Shown here piece by piece: positions 11,959-19,946 of a stretch of 64,000 bases of DNA (its first letter is position 1; each line of letters starts with the position of its first letter). Source of the stretch: an uncultured Verrucomicrobiae bacterium (GTDB lineage Bacteria > Verrucomicrobiota > Verrucomicrobiia > Chthoniobacterales > Chthoniobacteraceae); the NCBI GenBank assembly GCA_963769025.1, contig CAVYKI010000004.1, positions 76,984 to 140,983 of the forward strand. The letters run 5' to 3'. The notes under the pieces are model-generated. The model saw nothing but the letters and a program-made list of their open reading frames with translations. It was not told the DNA's origin and did no database searches. Both the position numbers and the translations under genes were made by a program.

Positions 11959-12756
11959 ATGACCGACATCGAGTTTCCGTGGCAGCAACGCAGGGCGGCG
12001 CTCGTCGTGGCTCATCCGGGGCACGAACTGCGTGTGCATCATTGGATGGAACTGGCGCGGCCGCTCGTACTCGTGCTCACGGATGGCTCGGGCCGCACGA
12101 CGCAGTCGCGCCTTTCCTCGACGACGCGAGTCATGGACGCGACCGGGGCCAGGGCGGGGGAAGTGTACGGCCGTTTCACGGATGCGGGGATCTACGCGGC
12201 GGTGCTGAACGGCCGGCAGGAGGAGTTCACGGGCGTGATGCGCGAGATGGCGCGGATCTTTGATGGTGAGGGAATCGACTATGTCGCGCACGACGCGATA
12301 GAGGGCTACAATCCGTCGCACGATCTTTCCTGGCACCTCGCCGGTGCGGCGACCGCGCTGGCGCGGAAAATCAGCGGCCGCGAGATACGGCGCTTTGATT
12401 TTTTGCTGACCGGGCGGCCCGATCAGTGCCCCGCGGAAGCGCAGCCGGCGGCCATTTGTGTCACGCTCGACGATGCGGCGCTCGAACGGAAACTGTCCGC
12501 CGCGGAGACGTATCCCGAGCTGAAGACCGAGGTGGACGCCACGCTCGGAAAATTTGGGAAGGCACCGTTTGCGGTGGAATGGCTGCGGCCCGCACCGGAC
12601 GCGGCACCGGATCTCGCGGACCTGGATGAAATTCCATTTTACGAAAGCCACGGCGAGGCGCGCGCGGCGTCGGGCCATTATTCGGACGTGATTCGTGAGC
12701 GGGAGCATGTGCTGCCGATCGCCAGGACGCTGTGGAGAACCGCCATGGAAGGCTAG
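11959..12756 (+). CDS. Hypothetical protein, PIG-L/LmbE-like deacetylase fold
   Basis: VVAHPGHE (variant of AHPDDE), LTDGS, EGYNPSHD. Confidence 0.6.
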   Translation: MTDIEFPWQQRRAALVVAHPGHELRVHHWMELARPLVLVLTDGSGRTTQSRLSSTTRVMDATGARAGEVYGRFTDAGIYAAVLNGRQEEFTGVMREMARIFDGEGIDYVAHDAIEGYNPSHDLSWHLAGAATALARKISGREIRRFDFLLTGRPDQCPAEAQPAAICVTLDDAALERKLSAAETYPELKTEVDATLGKFGKAPFAVEWLRPAPDAAPDLADLDEIPFYESHGEARAASGHYSDVIREREHVLPIARTLWRTAMEG

Positions 12757-12760
12757 GGGC

Positions 12761-13930
12761 ATGCGGGTTCTCCTGACCAACAATACGCTGGGTGCGCGTG
12801 CCGGGTCCGAGATGTACGTGGTGGATGTCGCCCGGGAATTGAAGCGGCTCGGGCACGAACCGGTGGCCTACAGCCCGAGTCTGGGCGCGGTTGCGGAGGT
12901 GCTCCGCGAGGCCGGCATCCCGGTGGTGGGAAATCTCGCGGAACTGCCATTCCGGCCGGATGTGATTCACGGGCATCACCACCTCGAGACGATGACGGCG
13001 CTGGCGTCGCTGCCCGGCGTGCCGGCGGTTTACTTTTGCCATGGCGCGAAGCCACTCGAGGAAATGCCGCCGGTCTTTCCGCGGATCCTGCGCTACGTCG
13101 CGGTGGACCTGGCGTGCCGGGAGCGCGTGGCCCGCGAGACGGGAACGCCGGAGGAGGCGATCCGGATGGTCCTGAATTTTGCGGACACCGGCCTGTTCAA
13201 GCCCCGGCAGCCGCTGCCCGAGCGCCCGGCGCGCGCGCTTGTCTTCAGCAACTACGCGACGGAGGCGAACTACCTGGCGCCGGTGCGCGCCGCGTGCGCG
13301 CAATGCGGCATCGAAATCGACGTGAGGGGCCAGGGCGTAGGGAACCAGACCGACGAGCCGCAGAAACTGCTCCCGCAATACGATCTCGTTTTTGCAAAGG
13401 CGCGTGCGGCGATCGAGGCGATGGCGGTGGGGTGCGCAGTGGTGTTGTGCGACGGGACGGGGCTCGGGCCGATGGTCTCCACTGCAAACTTCGCGGAACT
13501 GCGGCCGGACAACTTCGGTTTCCGCACGCTGCGCGATCAGCCGACGGTTGAAAACGTGATGGCGGCGATCCGCGCTTACGACGCGCGGGATGCGGAAGCG
13601 GTCGGCGAACTCGTGCGCGCTCAGGCAGACATGAGGAATGCCGTCGGCGAAATCGTGCGGATTTACGAGGAAGTCGTCGCGAAGAACGCCGGACGTCCGA
13701 CCGATGAAGTTGCGGAATTGCGGGCGGCTGGGGCGTATTTGCAGACGCTCGATACGGTCATCAAACACGTGCCCTTCAAGACGCCGATCATCGTGCCTGC
13801 CGAGATGATTCCGGATGCCGTCGCTCTCCCGCCGGTCGTGAAAAAGTCGTGGCTGGAACGACTGCTGGGCAAGCCGAGAAAGCGGCCACGCACGGTGGCC
13901 GGTGCCGCCGGGCGGGATGATCGCGGGTGA
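12761..13930 (+). CDS. Glycosyltransferase (GT-B, family 4-like)
   Basis: AGSEMYVVDVARELKRLGHE, PDVIHGHH, AIEAMAVGCAVV. Confidence 0.85.
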   Translation: MRVLLTNNTLGARAGSEMYVVDVARELKRLGHEPVAYSPSLGAVAEVLREAGIPVVGNLAELPFRPDVIHGHHHLETMTALASLPGVPAVYFCHGAKPLEEMPPVFPRILRYVAVDLACRERVARETGTPEEAIRMVLNFADTGLFKPRQPLPERPARALVFSNYATEANYLAPVRAACAQCGIEIDVRGQGVGNQTDEPQKLLPQYDLVFAKARAAIEAMAVGCAVVLCDGTGLGPMVSTANFAELRPDNFGFRTLRDQPTVENVMAAIRAYDARDAEAVGELVRAQADMRNAVGEIVRIYEEVVAKNAGRPTDEVAELRAAGAYLQTLDTVIKHVPFKTPIIVPAEMIPDAVALPPVVKKSWLERLLGKPRKRPRTVAGAAGRDDRG

Positions 13931-14017
13931 ACGCTTTCCGGCAAGCCCGGCTCGCTCCGCGGAGGGGCGGCCTGTGATCGCCGGGGCTTGCAGCAAGCGC
14001 GGTTGCGCGGCTTCATC

Positions 14018-15382
14018 ATGCGCATGCGCTCCACGTTGCTTCCCGCCGTGTTCGTCCTGTGTTTCCAAGCGATCGTCTCCGCGGCCGATGTCGGAGACTA
14101 CGGTGCCATCGGCGATGGCGTGGCGGATGACACCCATGCGATCCAGGCGGCGGTGGACGCGGGGGAGGGGAGCGTCCGTTTCGACAAGGGCATCTACCGG
14201 CTGACAAAGACGATCACCGTGAAGCTCGACGACCTTGGCCCCACTTCGCTCGTCGGCGATGGCACCGCGCGAATCGTGATGGCCGGGGCGGGTCCGGCAT
14301 TTCACATCATCGGCACGCATGGCGGCACCGCGGACCCGGCTTCGGTGAAGCCCGAGGTCTTCGAGCGGCAGACGATGCCGATCGTGGACGGGTTGCAAAT
14401 CGTGGGCGCGCACGCCGAGGCGGATGGCATCGAGGCCACGGGCACGATGCAGCTCACGATCACGCGCGTGAACATCCGCGACTGCCGCCATGGCATCCGC
14501 CTCACGCAGCGCAACCGCAACGTCATCATCTCAAACAGCCACGTGTACAAAAACCGCAGGATCGGAATTTTCTACGACGCGGTGAACCTGCACCAGTCGA
14601 ACGTCACCGGCTGCCACATCAGCTACAACGCGGGCGGCGGCATCGTCTCGCGCGGCGGCGAGGTGCGGAACGTTCACATCACCGGCTGCGACATCGAGTC
14701 GAACATGTCGGCCGACGGGCCGCCTTCGGCGAACGTCACCCTCGACAGCCGCGGCGGATCAATCGCGGAGGTCGCCATCACCGGTTGCACGCTCCAGCAC
14801 ACGGGCAAGGCGCCGGGTAGCGCGAACGTCCACATCATCGGCCCCGGCGACGACAAGCGCGTCACCTCCGAGTCCGGCGAAGGCAAGACGCGCGAGGGAA
14901 ACATCAGCATTTCGAGCAATGTCTTCAGCGACGTGCGCATCAACGTCCACATCCAGCACGCGCGCGGAGTCGCGATTCTCGGCAACACCTTTTGGGAAGG
15001 CTTCGACCACGATCTGCTCGTGGAGAGCAGCAGCGATATCGCCGTGACCGGCAATGTATTCGATCGCAACCCGCGCTATGCGCTGTGGCAGAAGGAGGCG
15101 CCGAAGCAGGGGATTCTCTTCCGTGACAGCGCGGACTGCACGCTCAGCGGCGTGCATATCAACGGCGTGCGCGGGCATCCTGCCGCGCTCCATTTGAAGG
15201 ACTGCAGCCGCTTCCTCATCACGGGCTGCAGCATCCTCGACAGCGACGGCGCCGGCATCCTCCTCGATAATGTCCGCCGGTCGCGCATCGGCGCGTGCCT
15301 GATCGACGACGCGAGGCGCAAGGGTGAATACCGCGGGATCCACGAACGCGGCGGCGGAGGCAACGTCGTGGACGTTCGCTGA
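14018..15382 (+). CDS. Secreted right-handed beta-helix protein (pectate-lyase superfamily)
   Basis: Signal peptide, DYGAIGDGVADDTHAIQAA, repeated ITGC/ISSN/VTGN rungs. Confidence 0.88.
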   Translation: MRMRSTLLPAVFVLCFQAIVSAADVGDYGAIGDGVADDTHAIQAAVDAGEGSVRFDKGIYRLTKTITVKLDDLGPTSLVGDGTARIVMAGAGPAFHIIGTHGGTADPASVKPEVFERQTMPIVDGLQIVGAHAEADGIEATGTMQLTITRVNIRDCRHGIRLTQRNRNVIISNSHVYKNRRIGIFYDAVNLHQSNVTGCHISYNAGGGIVSRGGEVRNVHITGCDIESNMSADGPPSANVTLDSRGGSIAEVAITGCTLQHTGKAPGSANVHIIGPGDDKRVTSESGEGKTREGNISISSNVFSDVRINVHIQHARGVAILGNTFWEGFDHDLLVESSSDIAVTGNVFDRNPRYALWQKEAPKQGILFRDSADCTLSGVHINGVRGHPAALHLKDCSRFLITGCSILDSDGAGILLDNVRRSRIGACLIDDARRKGEYRGIHERGGGGNVVDVR

Positions 15383-15388
15383 GCCCCG

Positions 15389-16315
15389 CTACTTCTTCGG
15401 CTCGAGTTTTCCGAGCAGGTAGAGCTTCGCGAAATCCACGATGCCGTCGGCCACCTTTTCGGCGACGGCGTTGATCGAGTCCTTCATTCGGAAATCCATC
15501 CCGAACTCGAACTGCACGGCGCCGATGCCGGCGTGTTTGCCGTAGGTCTGCACGATGTGCCCGCCCGTGAAGCCGGCGGCCTCAGCGCTCGTGTCGGTGG
15601 GCTTCATGCTGATGCCGCGCGCGTTCAGCAGGCCGGCGAGGCTCTGCGGACCGGCATGCACTTTCGCGCCGAACAGCTTTGCGAGCATCGCGTCGGTGCC
15701 CCCGTTCTGCGTGCCGCGAAATACGGTGTCGCGCGCGGAAGCCTGGCCGTGGACATCGATCAGCAAGCCGCGGCCGAAGTGCGTGTGCACGTCGTCGCAG
15801 AATTTCGCGAGCGTGCCGCGGTAAAGGTCGTACACCTCGCGTGCCCTCGGGTGCTCGACGGCGATTTCCGGCGGGCGGTTCGCGTCGATGTATTTTCGGT
15901 GAAACCGGGCGATGACGAAATGCGGCTTCTTTCCCAGGCGCGATTCGAGCGCGCGTGCGATGGCCGCGGTGAGCAGTTCGGTGTTTTCGTCACGCCCGGT
16001 GAAGAACCCTGCGCCTCCTTTTTTCATCCCTTCGCCGACGCGCACCGGCACGCCGGGAATCGGCAGCAACCCGCCATGCGGCGCGGACAGGATGATCGGC
16101 AGGTCGCCGTGCTGGACGGAGATGAAATCGGCTGCGGCGAATTCCGTCCCGTCTGCCGCAATCGCGGCGATGCGAAGCAGCGGCGCGGCGATCAGCGCGG
16201 CGATGGAACGTCGAAATAATGCGCGCCTGGAGAGGGGCCGGGGGAGTGCGCAGGCAGGACGGGAATTGCTCACGGTGGTGTCGTGTACCGGCAATGCGCC
16301 GGGGCGTGAAGCCAT
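15389..16315 (-). CDS. N-formylglutamate amidohydrolase-like protein, possible Tat substrate (start uncertain)
   Basis: IILSAPHGG, HRKYIDANR, LLIDVHG, VQFEFG; SRRALF twin-arginine-like signal. Confidence 0.75.
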   Translation of the reverse strand: MASRPGALPVHDTTVSNSRPACALPRPLSRRALFRRSIAALIAAPLLRIAAIAADGTEFAAADFISVQHGDLPIILSAPHGGLLPIPGVPVRVGEGMKKGGAGFFTGRDENTELLTAAIARALESRLGKKPHFVIARFHRKYIDANRPPEIAVEHPRAREVYDLYRGTLAKFCDDVHTHFGRGLLIDVHGQASARDTVFRGTQNGGTDAMLAKLFGAKVHAGPQSLAGLLNARGISMKPTDTSAEAAGFTGGHIVQTYGKHAGIGAVQFEFGMDFRMKDSINAVAEKVADGIVDFAKLYLLGKLEPKK

Positions 16316-16330
16316 TCTTCGCGGCCTCGA

Positions 16331-17038
16331 CTACGCCGCCTTGCCGGGCGGGAGCGTGAGGTAAAGCGCGGCGGCGCCGGCTCGGCCCGAAAGGGTTGAG
16401 TCGAGCACCGGGATCGGTTCAAAGCCGGCGGCTTTCAGCGCGAGGTAAGTCTCGGCGGCGTCCTTGGCGACCGGCAGTTCCGGGACGGCGAGTTCGAGGG
16501 CCTTGCTCGCGGCGCCGGGGGCGACCGCGTCCGGCCCGTGGACCGTCCAGCCTGCGCCTTCGAAGATTTCCTTGAACCATGCGGCGTGCGCGCCGGCGAT
16601 GGAATCGCCCGCGGGGATTCGAATGGTGATCTCCTTCGTCGTCACAGTGCCCAGATTGTGCGCGAGGGCGCGGGCGCGTTCCGGTGAAAATTCCTGCGCC
16701 TGATCCGTCGCGCCGGCAACCCATTGGAGTTTTTTCCGGTCGATGACAACTTCCGGGCCGGGCGTCGCGGCGGGCGTGCCTGCGAGGGTTGCTTCGATCG
16801 CGGCGACCCGCGCTTCGAGGGCTTCGATGCGGGCGTGATCTTTCGCCGGGTCTGGTGCGGGGGCCGGGCGCTGCTTCTTTGCCGGCTCCGGCTCGGGAAG
16901 GTTCTCGATGATCACCACCTCGCGGCATTTCGGGCATTGGACCCGACGGCTGCGCGGGGACGGCGGCGTCTTGATCACGGCCCCGCACGATGGGCAGGTC
17001 ACCTCGCGGTTGTCGGGCGGAGTGTAAGTCTTGACCAT
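16331..17038 (-). CDS. Hypothetical protein with N-terminal Zn ribbon and short coiled coil
   Basis: CPSC..CPKC, then RIEALEARVAAIEATL, then a globular C-terminal domain. Confidence 0.7.
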   Translation of the reverse strand: MVKTYTPPDNREVTCPSCGAVIKTPPSPRSRRVQCPKCREVVIIENLPEPEPAKKQRPAPAPDPAKDHARIEALEARVAAIEATLAGTPAATPGPEVVIDRKKLQWVAGATDQAQEFSPERARALAHNLGTVTTKEITIRIPAGDSIAGAHAAWFKEIFEGAGWTVHGPDAVAPGAASKALELAVPELPVAKDAAETYLALKAAGFEPIPVLDSTLSGRAGAAALYLTLPPGKAA

Positions 17039-17044
17039 CGGGCG

Positions 17045-17500
17045 CTAGGAAACCGCCCCGGGATTCGCCATTGTCGCTTCGCTCAGAAATGCAATCTCGT
17101 CCTCGCTGAGTTTCAGCGCCGCCGCGCCGCCAGTTGCGGACGCCTTGCGGACCGGCGGCGTCTCCGCTTCATCGCCCATGTCCGCCCAGCGAAGACCCGC
17201 AGACCACCTAGGGACGCCGATCTTTTCGCTACAGACCGGGCAGACCACCGAACGGCCTTCCCAACGCGCATCCGCTCGGAGCCGGTGGTTGCACGAGCTG
17301 CAAAGGAACTTCACTTCCAGATCGAGGACCTCGGGCGGGAAGACGGGCGGGCAATGCGAGAGCCGGCTTGTGAGACCCACGGGCCCGGGCACCGGTACAG
17401 ACCGCGAGCAGGACGGGCATTCGACGATATTTTTCGGCGAATCCGACGGGGCGTGGAGCGCGGTCCCGCAGATGACACAGAAGAAACGGATCGTGGGCAT
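17045..17500 (-). CDS. Double Zn-ribbon protein
   Basis: IRFFCVIC..CPSC and VKFLCSSC..CPVC. Confidence 0.75.
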   Translation of the reverse strand: MPTIRFFCVICGTALHAPSDSPKNIVECPSCSRSVPVPGPVGLTSRLSHCPPVFPPEVLDLEVKFLCSSCNHRLRADARWEGRSVVCPVCSEKIGVPRWSAGLRWADMGDEAETPPVRKASATGGAAALKLSEDEIAFLSEATMANPGAVS

Positions 17501-17675
17501 TGGGATGAAGCTCGAATCTGGGCGCGGGAGAAAACGCCCATCGGGCTTGACTCTGGGAGAGTGTCACGCCATTACTAGCGGTCAAGGTGAAACTATCACC
17601 ACCACATCTTGTGGTCGCCACTCGCGAAACCAATCTCGCCACCGCGAGATTTCGGCTGCCTCCACCACCCATCCC

Positions 17676-18707
17676 ATGACCAGTCCCGCGCCCTCTCCCG
17701 CCATATCGCACACCACCACCCCACCGCGCCTGATTGGGCAGGCGCAGGCCCAATTCATCGAGCAGACTTTCGGTGAATTCCTCGGCGAAGCGCGCCCGGA
17801 CGATCGTTCCGTGGGCGCCCGCCGCGCCGAGCTCGTCCGCTGGATTCACCACCGGCTGTTCGAGGATCGCGTCTCCGTCTCCACCGTGCGTTCGGAGTTG
17901 CAGAAAGCCCGCAAAAACACGCGCATGATCGCGGTGACGAGCGGCAAGGGCGGTGTCGGGAAAACCACCTTCTCCGTGAATCTCGCGGTCGCGTGCGCGC
18001 AGCTCGGGCGAAAGGTGCTCCTCTTCGACGCCGATCTCGGCATGGCGAACGTCCACATTTTCGCCGGCGTAAATCCGACCGCGACGCTGCTCGATGTGGT
18101 GGATGGCCGCTCGGCGCTCGACGATGTGATCACTCCGGGGCCGTGCGGCGTTCACCTGATCTGCGGTGCATCCGGGATCGGCCGCATGGCGGAACTCGGC
18201 GCGCCGGTGCTCGAAGCCCTCGGACGCGAACTGCTCCGCGTCGCCTCGGAATTCGACGTCCTCATCATGGACACGGGCGCGGGCATTTCGACGGCCGTCA
18301 CGCATTTCCTCGCGCTCGCGCAGGACACCGTCGTCGTGGCGACGCCGAACCTCGCGTCCACGCTGGACGCGTACGGCGTCATCAAGCTCGCGCACGAGAG
18401 CCAGCTCGCGACGCGCATCCACGTACTCATCAACCAGGCCGAGAACGAACACCAGGCGGCGCGCGTGATGGACCGGATCGCCGGCTGTGCAAACCGTTTC
18501 CTGAATTCCTCGCTCGGCACGCTCGGATTCCTCGAGCGCGATCCGTCCGTCGAGCAAGCCAACCAGAGCCGGCGCCCGCTCGCGCTGACCGATCCAGGCA
18601 GTCCCAGCGCGCTTCGCATCGCGGCGATCGCGGCGCGCCTCACCGGTCAGGAAAATCATCCCGGAGCCTCGGCAGACGGGCACGCCGCGGAGCACGCCGC
18701 GGCGTGA
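17676..18707 (+). CDS. MinD/FlhG(FleN)-family P-loop ATPase with N-terminal extension
   Basis: IAVTSGKGGVGKTT, DADLGMANV, DTGAGIS, DAYGVIK. Confidence 0.9.
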   Translation: MTSPAPSPAISHTTTPPRLIGQAQAQFIEQTFGEFLGEARPDDRSVGARRAELVRWIHHRLFEDRVSVSTVRSELQKARKNTRMIAVTSGKGGVGKTTFSVNLAVACAQLGRKVLLFDADLGMANVHIFAGVNPTATLLDVVDGRSALDDVITPGPCGVHLICGASGIGRMAELGAPVLEALGRELLRVASEFDVLIMDTGAGISTAVTHFLALAQDTVVVATPNLASTLDAYGVIKLAHESQLATRIHVLINQAENEHQAARVMDRIAGCANRFLNSSLGTLGFLERDPSVEQANQSRRPLALTDPGSPSALRIAAIAARLTGQENHPGASADGHAAEHAAA

Positions 18708-18744
18708 CGCACCACTCGCTTTTCAACCCGCCATCCACAACGCC

Positions 18745-19698
18745 ATGACGCCACAATCCCAGCCACACGACCATTCGCCAGCACAGCCATTCCAATTGCC
18801 ATCCTCCGGCGGTGATCCGCTGATGGACCTCATCGGTGCCTCGCCAGCATCCGCGGAGGGTCCGGACATCGTCCAATTCGCACCGGCGGGAAATTTCGTG
18901 AGCCAGTTCGGGCTGAAGGAAAACCCCTTCGCCGACTGCGTGCATCCGGCATTTTTCTTCCGCACCGACAGCCACGCGGAGGCCTACCGCAGCATGATGC
19001 TCGCCGTGGATTTCCGCGCTTCGCTCGGCCTCGTCACGGGCCCCAGCGGCACGGGCAAGACGCTCGTGAGCCAGTTGCTGCTCCAGCATTTCGACGAGGC
19101 AAAATGCCGCGTCGTGCTCGTGCTCGTCACGCCCGGCCTCAGTAAGACGGGGCTCCTGCGCGAGATTCTCTCCGAGCTGAACCTCGCGCTGCCCGTCGGC
19201 ATCCCACGCGTGCAGGATCTCGTGAAGCAGCTCGGCAACCACATCATCGAGCTGCACGAGCAGGGCCGGCGCCTCGTCGTCATCGTGGATGAATCGCATC
19301 TCCTCTCGGCGGACTGCCTGCACGTCATCCGCACGATCAGCAACATCGAGACGCCGCAGGAAAAACTCACGACCTGCCTGCTCTTCGGCGAGTCGCGCCT
19401 CGCGAGCCGCCTCGATCACGCGAGCTACGCGTCGCTGCGCAACCGCATCTACATGCGCAGCGAGCTCCAGCCGCTCACGGTTGAGGAGGTCGCGCAGTAC
19501 GTGAAGTTCCGCCTGATGACGGCGGGCCGTCTTGACGACCTCTTCACCGAGCCCGCGCTCAAGGCCATCCACGAACACGCGGGCGGCATCTGCCGCAGTG
19601 TGAATAAGCTCGCGATGCTCAGCCTCATCGAGGCCGCGGACCGGCACAGTCCCGTCATCGACGACACGATCGTCCACGTCGCGGCAAAGCGGATGTGA
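18745..19698 (+). CDS. ExeA/MshM-like AAA+ ATPase
   Basis: FGLKENPF, VTGPSGTGKT, VIVDESH, LFGE, GGICRSVNKL. Confidence 0.9.
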   Translation: MTPQSQPHDHSPAQPFQLPSSGGDPLMDLIGASPASAEGPDIVQFAPAGNFVSQFGLKENPFADCVHPAFFFRTDSHAEAYRSMMLAVDFRASLGLVTGPSGTGKTLVSQLLLQHFDEAKCRVVLVLVTPGLSKTGLLREILSELNLALPVGIPRVQDLVKQLGNHIIELHEQGRRLVVIVDESHLLSADCLHVIRTISNIETPQEKLTTCLLFGESRLASRLDHASYASLRNRIYMRSELQPLTVEEVAQYVKFRLMTAGRLDDLFTEPALKAIHEHAGGICRSVNKLAMLSLIEAADRHSPVIDDTIVHVAAKRM

Positions 19699-19901
19699 TG
19701 TCTGCCCATCCTCACCCTGCCGGCCGCTCGAAGACCGATCTCCGGCGCGGCCGTTTTACTCCGTCGAATCCGGTGGCGCCGGTGCGCGTCGCCCATTCGG
19801 CGCCGAAGGCGACCACCCACGCCGAGCAGGCGCTGCTGTTCAATGAGGCTGCATTGCCGGAAGCCAGTGGCGAGGCGCGTCCCGCCCGCAAGCCGCGCTG
19901 A
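19698..19901 (+). CDS. Small hypothetical protein
   Basis: TGATG stop/start overlap with the ExeA-like gene; 67 aa. Confidence 0.4.
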   Translation: MSAHPHPAGRSKTDLRRGRFTPSNPVAPVRVAHSAPKATTHAEQALLFNEAALPEASGEARPARKPR

Positions 19902-19946
19902 CACGGCCGTCGGCGTACCGTGCGGATTTCCGTTCCGACGGAAAGG

